Assembly: GCA_044229845.1 (NCBI GenBank)
Contig: JBGASG010000005.1
Coordinates: 256,001 to 320,000, forward strand
Reading direction: 5' to 3'
From: Candidatus Obscuribacteraceae bacterium
GTDB taxonomy: Bacteria > Cyanobacteriota > Vampirovibrionia > Obscuribacterales > Obscuribacteraceae
DNA: 64,000 bases
This document shows, piece by piece, positions 18,894 through 28,657 of this stretch. The notes under the pieces were generated by a model, which made no database searches, was not told the DNA's origin, and was given only the letters and a program-made list of their open reading frames with translations. Made by a program: the position numbers and the translations under genes. Every line of letters begins with the position of its first letter. The first letter of the stretch is position 1.

Positions 18894-20291
18894 TTAGTCT
18901 CCCGCCGGGGCTGGCGCGGGAGCTGATTCAACCTGGGTATTATCCTCGGCTGGAGGCGCTTCTTTTGGCTGATCGGGAACTTTTTTATCTTCAGGCGTTT
19001 CCGGCGTCTCTTCTGCCGGCGGCGCCTCTACCTGTTTGGGCGCGGGGTTCTTCTCGGGCTCTTTGTCCTTCTTGTCACTCTTTTTCTTTTTATCGCCCTT
19101 GTCTTTGTCGCCTTTGTCCTTCTTGTTGTCCTTGTCTTTCTTCTCGTCTTTGTCCTTCTTGTCTTTCTTGGCAGGCGCTTCTTTGCCTTTGTCCTTGTCC
19201 TTATCTTTGTCTTTGTCTTTCTTGTCGTCCGTGCCTGGTGCCGGTCCTTTCTTTTTGAGAGGTTGAATCGGTTTACCGGGTGCCAGGGGCAAGATGGCGT
19301 CGCGATCTACAGGCAGACCCTCATTGAGTACTGCCAGTTGATCGGGATGCTGCCGGTTGTAATCGAAAGCCAGATTGGATTCGTCCAGCGTCTTGCGCCC
19401 TTTCTTCACCAGGGCCGGGAAAGGCACTTGCCAGGTTTCCATAGTGATGGAAGTGGCATCGACTTTGAAAATCTTGAACTGGCACGGGTAGACATCCAGA
19501 CTGCTGGAAGAAACGTGCCAGACGTCCGCTTCCTTCTGCACTTTGTTGACATGAATGTGTCCGCTGATTACGAGGCGCACCTGCGAAAACGGAGCGATGA
19601 CTTCGCGCACCGATGCTCCGTCGGGAATGACATACCGCTCCCAGGGCGGTCCGCCGTCGAAGGGCGGTGGAGGCAGCAGCGGATGGTGGCAGAAAATGAT
19701 CGTGAAGTACTTTTTGTTTTTCTGCAGATCTTCTTTGAGCCAGGTGAGTTGCTCTTCGTTGATGCCACCGGCGGTGGTGTTGGGTATGCTGGAGTCGAGT
19801 CCGACGATGTGCACATCGGGCACCGGATTGAGTGACCAGTAAGGGTGTTCTGTTTCGATGCCGCGCCCTTTCCAGTCTGGTCCGAAGGTGCGCATCTTAT
19901 GCACGGTCTCGCCGATCAAGTCAGCTTCTCCAAGCACGAATGACCAGGGCGGATTTAAGCCCTGAACGATGTCGAGAAACAGCTGCCAGTTGACTTGCTC
20001 CTTGCCGACGCCTTCTACCTGATCGCCGCCGAAGACCACGAAATCGACCTTGGCCCCGTTCAGTTGTTTGACGACTTCTTGCAGAAAGAGCTGACTCTCT
20101 TGAGTCAGCTTGTAACTGTCGGGCAAGCCGTTGACCAGATGCACATCGGTCAGGTAGGCAAAAGAAAATGGTTGAAACGGTACTACAGCTTCGGCTACCG
20201 GTTGGGACAATGCGCCTAAAAACGGCAATCCGGCAAGTCCGAGCAGGAACTTGCGGCGACTGACCAATCTAAAGGTGTGATTACCATCCAT
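18894..20291 (-). CDS. Tat-exported calcineurin-like metallophosphoesterase with a Lys/Asp-rich tail
   Basis: SRRKFL Tat motif; TDVH, GGD, CHHP, SGHIH; the GNHD position reads GEAD. Confidence 0.85.
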   Translation of the reverse strand: MDGNHTFRLVSRRKFLLGLAGLPFLGALSQPVAEAVVPFQPFSFAYLTDVHLVNGLPDSYKLTQESQLFLQEVVKQLNGAKVDFVVFGGDQVEGVGKEQVNWQLFLDIVQGLNPPWSFVLGEADLIGETVHKMRTFGPDWKGRGIETEHPYWSLNPVPDVHIVGLDSSIPNTTAGGINEEQLTWLKEDLQKNKKYFTIIFCHHPLLPPPPFDGGPPWERYVIPDGASVREVIAPFSQVRLVISGHIHVNKVQKEADVWHVSSSSLDVYPCQFKIFKVDATSITMETWQVPFPALVKKGRKTLDESNLAFDYNRQHPDQLAVLNEGLPVDRDAILPLAPGKPIQPLKKKGPAPGTDDKKDKDKDKDKDKGKEAPAKKDKKDKDEKKDKDNKKDKGDKDKGDKKKKSDKKDKEPEKNPAPKQVEAPPAEETPETPEDKKVPDQPKEAPPAEDNTQVESAPAPAPAGD

Positions 20292-20961
20292 GGCGGATTA
20301 GTGACATTACTTCAGCGCGAGTGGCCTGATTAGTTTGTACCATGCCGCGCAGGGCCGAAGTAATGGTTTTGGTACCCGGCTTCTTAATGCCCCGAATCGA
20401 CATGCAGAGGTGCTCAGCTTCCAGAACAACCGCCACGCCCTGCGGCTGCAATTTTTCCACCAGGGCATCGGCGATTTCGGTGGTCATGCGCTCCTGCACT
20501 TGCAGGCGTCGGGAGGCTAGTTCTACTACGCGGGCCAGCTTGGACAGCCCCGTGATGCGCCCCTGGTCTGGAATGTAGCCGACATGTGCGACACCCATGA
20601 AAGGCACCAGGTGATGCTCGCAGATGCTGGCAAATGGAATGTCGCGCACGAGAACCAGTTCGTCTGTCGATTCGCTGAACTCGCATGTAATCTCGCTGGC
20701 AGCGGAAAGACCGACACCGTAGAACAGTTCTTGATACATACGCGCGACCCGTTCTGGTGTTTCCAAAAGTCCCTCGCGTGTCACGTCTTCACCGACGGCT
20801 TCGAGAATCAGGCGAATGCCGGCAGCGATCTTCTCCTGGTCGACCTGGGCGGGCGCTTGCAGATTGCGCGCGGCAAGTGGTGAAGTCGTGGCGGTCTTGG
20901 TAGCCGATGCCGTGCAGGAAGCAGGCGCGAAATGGGTTTGCACGCTTGTAAAGGTCTCCAT
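20281..20961 (-). CDS. folE: GTP cyclohydrolase I
   Basis: [45 protein letters not shown]. Confidence 0.97.
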   Translation of the reverse strand: METFTSVQTHFAPASCTASATKTATTSPLAARNLQAPAQVDQEKIAAGIRLILEAVGEDVTREGLLETPERVARMYQELFYGVGLSAASEITCEFSESTDELVLVRDIPFASICEHHLVPFMGVAHVGYIPDQGRITGLSKLARVVELASRRLQVQERMTTEIADALVEKLQPQGVAVVLEAEHLCMSIRGIKKPGTKTITSALRGMVQTNQATRAEVMSLIRHGW

Positions 20962-21295
20962 CTTGTTTCAATAAGCAAAATTTGAACAACAACTTCCCGC
21001 CATTAAACCCTACGGCGGGCGTTTGCGCGAGATTGCAGAAACGATAGCAAGTGCCTATCGATGGTGGCATGCTCGCATATTGCAGACGCGGCCGGTGCCC
21101 GATTTTCGGCGGCGCTTTGCAGACATTGCTGGTTTCTGCTGGCAAGCGCTTATTTATTGCACAGAACAATGAACGATATACTTGCTAAGCTCTGAGTTTC
21201 CATGCCGGTGACCAGGGTCACTCCCGTTTTGGGAAAGGCAATTAGCTATTAATAATCTCGGTCTTGGATGTCCACACAGTGAGGTTCTACGAAGA

Positions 21296-21751
21296 ATGAC
21301 AGCCGCTACTCTGGAAACCCTCGATGTCGTCAGAATCAGAGAACTGATTCCGCATCGTTATCCCTTCCTCCTTGTGGACCGCGTGACTTCCTACGAACCA
21401 GGCTTGCGCGCCAAGGGCTACAAAAACCTGACTGCCAACGAAGAGTTTTTCAACGGTCACTTCCCGTTCAAACCCATCATGCCTGGCGTTCTCATGGTGG
21501 AAGCGCTGGCTCAATTGGCCTGCGTTTGCATCATGCTAAAGCCGGAATATCAAGGTTATTTTGGTGCATTTACGGGCATCGACGGTTTCAAGTTCAGAAA
21601 CATGGTCACGCCCGGCGATCGGCTCGACATGGAAGTCGAGCTCTTAAAAATGAAAGGACCGATCGGCAAATTGAAAGCCACCGCTAAAGTCGGTGACGCC
21701 ATTGCTTGCGAAGGCGAAATCTCATTCGCCATGATCAAGCGCGAGTCGTAG
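21296..21751 (+). CDS. fabZ: 3-hydroxyacyl-ACP dehydratase
   Basis: PHRYPFLLVDRV, FFNGHFP..PIMPGVLMVEALAQ. Confidence 0.97.
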   Translation: MTAATLETLDVVRIRELIPHRYPFLLVDRVTSYEPGLRAKGYKNLTANEEFFNGHFPFKPIMPGVLMVEALAQLACVCIMLKPEYQGYFGAFTGIDGFKFRNMVTPGDRLDMEVELLKMKGPIGKLKATAKVGDAIACEGEISFAMIKRES

Positions 21752-21778
21752 AAGAGATAGATCAGTCGGAGACAGACG

Positions 21779-22636
21779 ATGCCTACTCAATCACAATCAC
21801 CCAGCATTCACGCATCCGCCATTATCGCCGGCGGTGCGAAAATACATGAAGCAGCGGAAATTGGACCCTATGCCGTCATCGGTGAGAATGTCACCATCGG
21901 CGCCGGCACCAAGGTCGGTGCCCACGCCATCATTGATGGTATCACCACCATAGGCGAGAATTGCAAAATCTATCCCGGTGCATCGCTTGGTCTGGAGCCG
22001 CAAGACTTGCGCTACAAAGATGAGCCGACCGGTGTAATTCTGGGCAACAACGTCACCATTCGTGAGTATGTGACCATCCACAGAGCAACCAATGAAGGGT
22101 TTACGGAAGTCGGCGACGACTGTTTCTTGATGAACTACGTGCATATCGCGCATAACTGCAAGCTGGGCAAGGGCGTGATCATGGCCAACAACACGCAGCT
22201 GGCCGGACACGTTCACGTAGGCGACAACTCGGTGTTTTCCGGTTTCTGCATTCTGCACCAGAACGTCCGCATCGGCCGCTTCGTGATGATGGGCGGCATG
22301 ACCGGCGCCCGTGTCGACCTGCCGCCGTTCACGATTTGCGACGGACGTCCGGCTTTCGTGCGCGGCATCAACGTCATCGGACTACGCCGCGGCAAAATGC
22401 CGCCCGACGTGCGTAACGCCATCAAGGCGACCTACAAACTGATTTACCGCAGTGAACTCAACCTCACCAACGCCATTGCTCGCATCGAGGAAGAGATCGA
22501 ACCGCATGCCGAAGTGAAGGAAATCGTGGAGTTCTTCAAGACCAGCAAACGCGGCTACGCCAGCGCCTTCGGTGTTTCCACCGAAGGGCGCCACGAAGCC
22601 AGCGTCATGGAAGACATCCCGATGGACGAGATTTAG
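21779..22636 (+). CDS. lpxA: UDP-N-acetylglucosamine acyltransferase
   Basis: Hexapeptide repeats, PQDLRY, IREYVTIHRAT, HIAHNC; follows fabZ. Confidence 0.97.
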   Translation: MPTQSQSPSIHASAIIAGGAKIHEAAEIGPYAVIGENVTIGAGTKVGAHAIIDGITTIGENCKIYPGASLGLEPQDLRYKDEPTGVILGNNVTIREYVTIHRATNEGFTEVGDDCFLMNYVHIAHNCKLGKGVIMANNTQLAGHVHVGDNSVFSGFCILHQNVRIGRFVMMGGMTGARVDLPPFTICDGRPAFVRGINVIGLRRGKMPPDVRNAIKATYKLIYRSELNLTNAIARIEEEIEPHAEVKEIVEFFKTSKRGYASAFGVSTEGRHEASVMEDIPMDEI

Positions 22637-22652
22637 TGCTACAAAGGAAACT

Positions 22653-24014
22653 GTGGATCATTCGAACGTCACCGAAACCTCGCTAGCGGAAGCACCGCTG
22701 GGGGGCGGCGGCTATCGAAGTCTGTTCAAAAACCGCCAGTTCATGGCTCTCTGGGTTGCGCAGGTCTGCTGCCAGTTTGCTGATCGGGCGGTCTTCGTTC
22801 TCTTTGTCGCCATCCTTACCGCCCAGGAAGCAACCAATCCCAAACTTGCTGAGCACGGTGCCGCGCAGCTGACCAGCTGGCTCTACGTGGCTTTTACCAT
22901 TCCCGCCATCATTCTCAGCCCGATTGCCGGAGTTTATGTAGATCGCTGGTCGCACCGTGCTGTTCTGGTGCTTTCCAACGTGTTGCGGGCATTTTGTGTG
23001 GGATTGATAGTCTTGCCGGCCGTGTCGAAGTCGGTCATGTTCGATTTCTTCCTGGCGTTTTTGATATCAATCGGTTCGCAGTTTTTCGGTCCGGCGGAGA
23101 CGTCTTCTATTCCGCGGCTGACTAAGAAGAATGAGCTCTACGCCGCCAACTCACTCTTCTTCACGACGATGATGATTGCGCTGGGATTCGGGTTTGCAAT
23201 CGGCGAACCGATCATCTCTCACATCGGATTGAAATCGGCGCCTATCTTCGTGTCCGGACTCTTCGTTCTCGCCAGCCTTCTGCTGCTTTCGATCTCGGAC
23301 AACACACCCAAGTCGTCCAGTCGCGATCCGTGGTGGGAAGAGCTGCGTTTTGGACTGTCGTACATTTCCAGCAATTCGCTGGTGTTCCGAGCGATTTTGA
23401 AAATCACGATTTTGTTCAGCACTATCATCACTTTGAACGTGATTGCGGTTGGATTGACCCAGCAAGTGCTGCATATTCAGCCCTTCCAGTTCGGCTATAT
23501 CGTGGCTGCTGCCGGTGTCGGAATGGCGCTCGGCAATTTCTGGGTGGGCCATTACGGGCACGCGATCCGTCCCAATCTCCTCGTCTTCAGCGGCTTCACC
23601 GGACTGGGCCTCTTCATGAGCCTGCTCGGCATGCTGGGGACAGTACAGGACGGCATTGCCTGGTCACCGGAACAGCTCGCTCAGCTGCATTCGATGATGC
23701 TGCCGGCCAGCCTGGTTCTGGCTGCCCTGGTGGGCGCTTCGTGCGCCATGGTGGCGGTGCCGACCCAGGCAGCTCTGCAGGCGGTAGTTCCCGAAGAACT
23801 GCGCGGCAAGGTGTTCGGCGCCCAGAACACGGCAATGTCGGCAGCCTCGACCATTCCTGTCGTTTTGGCTGGACTTTTGATTGACAACCTGCCGGGAGGC
23901 GTATCGTCGACGTTGTTCTTGATCGGCGTGCCCACGCTGGTAGTGGGCGCCTACCACCTGTTCCGCACTCTGCGCGGACTCGACCTGGTCCCTCAAGACG
24001 ACGATGAAGACTAG
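22653..24014 (+). CDS. MFS transporter
   Basis: About 12 TM helices, AGVYVDRW motif, VPEELRGKVFG; GTG start after AAGGA. Confidence 0.9.
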   Translation: MDHSNVTETSLAEAPLGGGGYRSLFKNRQFMALWVAQVCCQFADRAVFVLFVAILTAQEATNPKLAEHGAAQLTSWLYVAFTIPAIILSPIAGVYVDRWSHRAVLVLSNVLRAFCVGLIVLPAVSKSVMFDFFLAFLISIGSQFFGPAETSSIPRLTKKNELYAANSLFFTTMMIALGFGFAIGEPIISHIGLKSAPIFVSGLFVLASLLLLSISDNTPKSSSRDPWWEELRFGLSYISSNSLVFRAILKITILFSTIITLNVIAVGLTQQVLHIQPFQFGYIVAAAGVGMALGNFWVGHYGHAIRPNLLVFSGFTGLGLFMSLLGMLGTVQDGIAWSPEQLAQLHSMMLPASLVLAALVGASCAMVAVPTQAALQAVVPEELRGKVFGAQNTAMSAASTIPVVLAGLLIDNLPGGVSSTLFLIGVPTLVVGAYHLFRTLRGLDLVPQDDDED

Positions 24015-24051
24015 TTAAATTGCCAATAATTGATGAAACTGTTCCATTTAT

Positions 24052-25434
24052 GTGGATTGGTTGGATACACTGGTAGTGGCGTTTCCGCCACACAAAGACA
24101 TTCAGGACTCTATGCGATACCGGTTCTTATTGCTCGGACTGACCCTGGCGGCGTTTATCGTCATCAAAGTGATTGATTACGTGGTGCCCTGGCCGACGCT
24201 CATGTTTTTGCTGTGTGTGGCACTGGCCGTCATGATCACCCACTCGCTCTGGATGCTCTGGGCGCAAACTCGCTGGCAGCGACAACTGCGCCGTAACGGC
24301 GGCGAGATTTTAATCTCCGACGACCAGGCGAAGAGCTGGCAACCCGTCGTCGATATTTTGATCCCGGCCAAAAACGAATCGCGCGTCATCGAGACCACCG
24401 TGCGCAGGTTTTTCACCATCGACTATCCAAACTTCAATGTCTGGGTCATCGACGACGCCTCAACAGACAACACTGCAGACATTTTGAGAAACCTGCAAAA
24501 AGAGTTTCCGCGTTTGCACATCGTCAGCCGCGTGCCTGGTTCGCGTCCCGGCAAGTCAGCCGGTCTCAACGATGCTCTGGCGCTTTGCCGCGGTGAAGTA
24601 ATTGCCGTGTTTGATGCCGATGCGTATGTCGAGCCGGAATTTTTGCAAACTATCTTGCCGGTGCTGGCCCCCGAGGGTGTGGGCGCGGTGCAGGCGCAGA
24701 AAAAGTTTTACCCTCACCAGACTCAGTTGCTCGTCAAATGCCAGGCATCGGAATACGCCACCGACACCTACTTCCAGATGAGCCGCGACCTGATTGGCGG
24801 CACGGTGGAGTTGCGCGGCAACGGACAGCTGGTCAAGCGCGCTGCGTTGATAGACTGCGGCGGCTGGAACAACAACACCATCACCGACGACCTCGACTTG
24901 TCGATGCGGTTGCTGGTCAATAAGTGGGACATTCGTTTTTGCCCGCACGCCGTCGTCTATGAAGAAGGCGTTCCGACCTGGAAGGCGCTGGTTAAGCAGC
25001 GTCGCCGCTGGGCCGAAGGCAGCATTCGCCGCTATCTCGATTACATCTTTCCGATCAACTCGCCGACGCGCCTGTCATTTATCGAGCGCATCGATACGAT
25101 GGCATTTTTCTCGCTCTTCGGTGTGCCGGCGCTGGTGTTTTTAGAAGGCTTGAGCCAACTGGTTGCGTTGCTGACCGGGCAGCCTTTCTATCCCCGCTTT
25201 TTCTTCGCGGTACTGGCGGTGGTGCTCGCTATTTCTGCCACCAACTTCTTTATCGCCATGCGCTTCTATCAAAACAAAATGAGCGTCCCGGAAACCATGC
25301 TGCAAACCTGCATATCCATGGTCTATGTTTTCTCGCTCTGGATGCCGGTTGTCTTCGGCAGTTTCTTGCGAATTCTATTGACGCAGCATGCCTCGCAATG
25401 GCACCGCACCGAGCACGTCGGGACACACAGCTGA
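24052..25434 (+). CDS. mgdA: GT2 glycosyltransferase, monoglucosyldiacylglycerol synthase-like
   Basis: AKNE, DDASTD, GKSAGLN, FDAD, ELRGNGQ, GGWN..TITDDLDL and QRRRWAEG match cyanobacterial MgdA motifs as I recall them; start may be 24112. Confidence 0.75.
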   Translation: MDWLDTLVVAFPPHKDIQDSMRYRFLLLGLTLAAFIVIKVIDYVVPWPTLMFLLCVALAVMITHSLWMLWAQTRWQRQLRRNGGEILISDDQAKSWQPVVDILIPAKNESRVIETTVRRFFTIDYPNFNVWVIDDASTDNTADILRNLQKEFPRLHIVSRVPGSRPGKSAGLNDALALCRGEVIAVFDADAYVEPEFLQTILPVLAPEGVGAVQAQKKFYPHQTQLLVKCQASEYATDTYFQMSRDLIGGTVELRGNGQLVKRAALIDCGGWNNNTITDDLDLSMRLLVNKWDIRFCPHAVVYEEGVPTWKALVKQRRRWAEGSIRRYLDYIFPINSPTRLSFIERIDTMAFFSLFGVPALVFLEGLSQLVALLTGQPFYPRFFFAVLAVVLAISATNFFIAMRFYQNKMSVPETMLQTCISMVYVFSLWMPVVFGSFLRILLTQHASQWHRTEHVGTHS

Positions 25435-25446
25435 ATTCAGAGCTGA

Positions 25447-25665
25447 TTAGCTGGCGCGCTGCACACCTTGAATCAACTTAGACACTATGATCAAATCGCC
25501 GCACGTCTCAACGACGACCCAGTCGTCGTCCACGTCTCCGGTGGTGCGGGGAACGCTCACCTGGTCTCCGGTATGGAAGCCGTCGGCGTCGGGATTGAAT
25601 CCCTGAAGATGTTTAGTGGTGAGAGACTTAGTAATCATGTGCACAGAAGGCTGCTGCTGATGCAT
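25447..25665 (-). CDS. Small hypothetical protein or fragment
   Basis: Short ORF co-oriented downstream of the paralog pair, with plausible globular composition. Confidence 0.35.
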   Translation of the reverse strand: MHQQQPSVHMITKSLTTKHLQGFNPDADGFHTGDQVSVPRTTGDVDDDWVVVETCGDLIIVSKLIQGVQRAS

Positions 25666-25742
25666 GGCTGGCTGTCCTCGGGCGGGGATACCAAAACGAG
25701 TGGTTGCAGAGGTATGACGGAAGAGCTCTTGGTAAGTTCCCG

Positions 25743-26879
25743 CTAGCCTGGACCCTCATCAAAAGGACCTATGGTGCCGTTGGTGGCGCCCTGAAGCTGG
25801 GGATCTTGGGTCTCTCGGGCAATTGCTTCTTGTTCTTCGGCGCTGGCGGCTGTGTCGTTCTGTCCCTGCCACCGAAGAAACTTTGCATACTGATGCAAGA
25901 AACTTGCCTCTTCGCGATGACAGTTTCCGGCAGCTTTGAAATACGCATATGCCGACCAGGCTTCGGGCCAATCCGATTCTGCCTGACGTTTATCGCCTGC
26001 AGCGACACTGGTTATGAACGCCATGAGAGCACCTCTTTTCCTCGTGATCTGATCCATCGCGGGGTCTTGCATCCATAAAAATTTGTCGCGTGCCGCCCCA
26101 TATTCGCCGTTGGCCAGCTTACGACACCCTTCTCCCATAAGCTCTGAGCACGGGTCTTGAGCCAGTCCCGAACTGGCTGGTGATGCTAACCACGGCGAAC
26201 GAGTACCGGCCGCTGATTTGGCGAAGTAGTCTGCTGCCCGTTTGTCCTTCATGTGCTCGCACACTTTTGCGGCGATCAGAAAGAACTGTTTGTTCGAGTA
26301 GCTGTTGTACGGTTGTGGCTCTAAATCTTTTGACCGGAGCTCGAATTTTTCCTGGAGCAGCTGGTAAGCGTCATTCCAGCGTCCCTGTTTTGCGTATAGC
26401 GCGACCAGTATTTCAGTCGGTTCGCTGTTGAAATACATCTGGTGTTTTATCGATCGGCGATAGGCGGCGATAGCTCCATTCTCGTCGCCGCAGCAAAGTT
26501 TATAGTCGCCTTTGGCTGCGAATGAGCGTCCCAGCCAGGACTGCTTGTGGGCAAGTTTTGCTCTCAAAATACGCATTTCAATGCCGATGCCGGCAAGAGC
26601 GCGTTCAGTTTGAGACATGGAAGGATATGACCGCGAATCGAATTCGTAGAAGTATCCATTAGGACCGAGCCACCAGGACACAAAAAGCAGGCAGATCCCG
26701 GCAGCCAGCATTGCCACCACAGGTAATGTCGTCCACGTTTTTGGTCTGGCTGGATTGCTCGTTGGGGTTTGTCCGCTTCGATCGGACACGGGCAACGGGG
26801 ATGATGGCAGCGCCGGGGAAGTTTCTTCCAGGATCAGCTGCGGTTCTTGCGCAATGTCACAGTCTTGGCGATCTTTCAT
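25743..26879 (-). CDS. Single-TM, TPR-like hypothetical protein (paralog B)
   Basis: TM near the N-terminus, helical repeats; start overlaps the upstream stop (ATGA). Confidence 0.65.
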   Translation of the reverse strand: MKDRQDCDIAQEPQLILEETSPALPSSPLPVSDRSGQTPTSNPARPKTWTTLPVVAMLAAGICLLFVSWWLGPNGYFYEFDSRSYPSMSQTERALAGIGIEMRILRAKLAHKQSWLGRSFAAKGDYKLCCGDENGAIAAYRRSIKHQMYFNSEPTEILVALYAKQGRWNDAYQLLQEKFELRSKDLEPQPYNSYSNKQFFLIAAKVCEHMKDKRAADYFAKSAAGTRSPWLASPASSGLAQDPCSELMGEGCRKLANGEYGAARDKFLWMQDPAMDQITRKRGALMAFITSVAAGDKRQAESDWPEAWSAYAYFKAAGNCHREEASFLHQYAKFLRWQGQNDTAASAEEQEAIARETQDPQLQGATNGTIGPFDEGPG

Positions 26880-28093
26880 CGGTTGCGCTCTGTGTCGCTG
26901 TCGAGGTCAATTTGAATTTTGGCGAGACGTGGTCCTGCTGCTCTTTTCATAACTTCCTGCTCGTGCTCGGCGGCAGCAGCTGCTGCCTTCGTATCTTTGA
27001 TGTCGGTTAAGTATTGAAGGTAGACAGTCCAGAATGAAGCCTCTTCGACGCTTACACCCTCACCGTGATGCGCATTCAACTGAGTCTTGGTCAACCAACT
27101 TTCTGCTGCCATTGCATCTGGAAGAACCCGTGCCGCCTGGGTCTTATCTTCGCTGCGCACGCAGGAAATGAAGAGCCAGATTTTTGCCCTGGCAACTTGT
27201 GTCGGTGATGCGGATTTGTCGTTCAGCGCTTTCAAGAAACAAGCGCCGGAGTGGCTCGGGTCTGATTCCAGCCTGTTGATTCCCAGAGAGAGCCAGATCT
27301 CCGGAGCGTATCCGTCGGATGAATCGATGGCTGGATAGAGCTCTGGATCCAAATACGGAGCGACCTTGTAATTGTCGTCCAGTGTCATGACTGGAATGGT
27401 CTTTCCGATTTCGGCGGCGCGTTTCCAGCGTGCCGCATTGGCTTTGTCTCCGGCGACGGCATAGAGGTCGGCCGCTTCGGCCATCGTGTCGACTGAGTCA
27501 GCGCAAGGAAGGTGCATATCGTTATTTTGATCCAACTCGAAAAGCTTTAGCCGTCCGGCGACGTTGTTGGTGTCAATGTAATACTCCAGAAGCCGATCCT
27601 TCATGGACCAGAAGTTGATCCCTGCCAGATCGGGATCGGAGCTATGAAATCTCGGAGTCAGGTCTTCGTATATTTTGATGGCGCCGGCTCGGTCGTTGTG
27701 ATACCACTTGTAGTTGGCGAGATCCTGCAGGGCATTCATCTCTGCATACTGGTCTGCGAACAATCGTGCGCGGGCCAGCCTCAGTTGGAGATAGCCTGCG
27801 TCCCCTGGCGAGGTCCCCATTTTCTCAATGCGCTTCTCTTCCAGTGACGAGGTTTTTCCTAGCCAGTCATCGGCCAGGCTGAGAGTGATGGCCAGCGCGC
27901 CGGCGACCGCTATCAGCGGGAATTGTTTCCGACCCTCTGTTTTTACTGTCTGCCACCAGTTGCACCGTTCGGCGGCAGGTTCTGCCGGCGTCTGCTTCTG
28001 CGCGACACAGGCAGGGCTCAAGGCATCAACCGTGGAGTCGACCGCGGCATCTACCTGCTTCAGCTGGGGAGACTTGTCCCTGGTTGGTTTCAC
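26876..28093 (-). CDS. Single-TM, TPR-like hypothetical protein (paralog A)
   Basis: Same layout as paralog B; shared C-terminal motifs FI..V...DK.QA....P.A and EEASF. Confidence 0.65.
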   Translation of the reverse strand: MKPTRDKSPQLKQVDAAVDSTVDALSPACVAQKQTPAEPAAERCNWWQTVKTEGRKQFPLIAVAGALAITLSLADDWLGKTSSLEEKRIEKMGTSPGDAGYLQLRLARARLFADQYAEMNALQDLANYKWYHNDRAGAIKIYEDLTPRFHSSDPDLAGINFWSMKDRLLEYYIDTNNVAGRLKLFELDQNNDMHLPCADSVDTMAEAADLYAVAGDKANAARWKRAAEIGKTIPVMTLDDNYKVAPYLDPELYPAIDSSDGYAPEIWLSLGINRLESDPSHSGACFLKALNDKSASPTQVARAKIWLFISCVRSEDKTQAARVLPDAMAAESWLTKTQLNAHHGEGVSVEEASFWTVYLQYLTDIKDTKAAAAAAEHEQEVMKRAAGPRLAKIQIDLDSDTERNR

Positions 28094-28165
28094 GCACGAA
28101 TTGGCTTAGTAAAGGGGCTGCGCCCATCATAAGCCAGGGTTGCCAACAGGGCAAGGCTAATACTT

Positions 28166-28208
28166 AAAAAGACGGGAAACGGAGGGCTTGCGCTCTCCGT
28201 TTCTCGTT
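28166..28208 (-). terminator. Strong hairpin, probable intrinsic terminator (possibly bidirectional)
   Basis: GACGGGAAACGGAGGGC-TTGC-GCTCTCCGTTTCTCGTT; preceded by AAAAA (U-tract on the minus strand) and followed by TCTTTT on the plus strand. Confidence 0.65.
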
Positions 28209-28657
28209 TCTTTTCCGTCCATTGGCAAACTGTGGGCGCGACTGCGACATGTGCGGGCAAGCCGCGCGTCGCGCCTTTCCTCGAATTGGAGACTTGGATG
28301 CGGGGCCGAGTCTCGGGAGCTGTTCGGTTGCGGGGTGAAACAAGTGAGGCGATCTGGGCGAGAACGCCACATTGGGAGTCAGTTTATTGTGATGGTCTGA
28401 TTTCCCAGCTCCAGAATTCGAGAGAAACCTTTTGTGTTATCTTTGGCTGGCTCTTGCTGCCACTATCGGCGGTGATACCGTCGAGGATGGAGAAAGCGGG
28501 GCGCAGGAGGAACGGGCTGCAACTAAAGCCGAAGCTCGTTGCCAAGGATGGTTTAACTATATTTTGAATCCGGCTATCTTCAAGAGCCAGATCCAGATAG
28601 GTCCAGTAGTCCAGGGGCTAAAACGCCTCTCACAAACCCGGAAAGTAAGCAGCCGTC

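Noticed and set aside
20965..21290. Riboswitch upstream of folE (hairpin at ~20995-21018; three TTGCAGA words)
   Set aside because: No recognisable aptamer consensus and irregular spacing; needs an Rfam scan.
28270..28290. Minus-strand GAGGAAAG suggesting RNase P RNA
   Set aside because: It continues as GCG rather than UCC, and the other conserved RNase P segments are absent.
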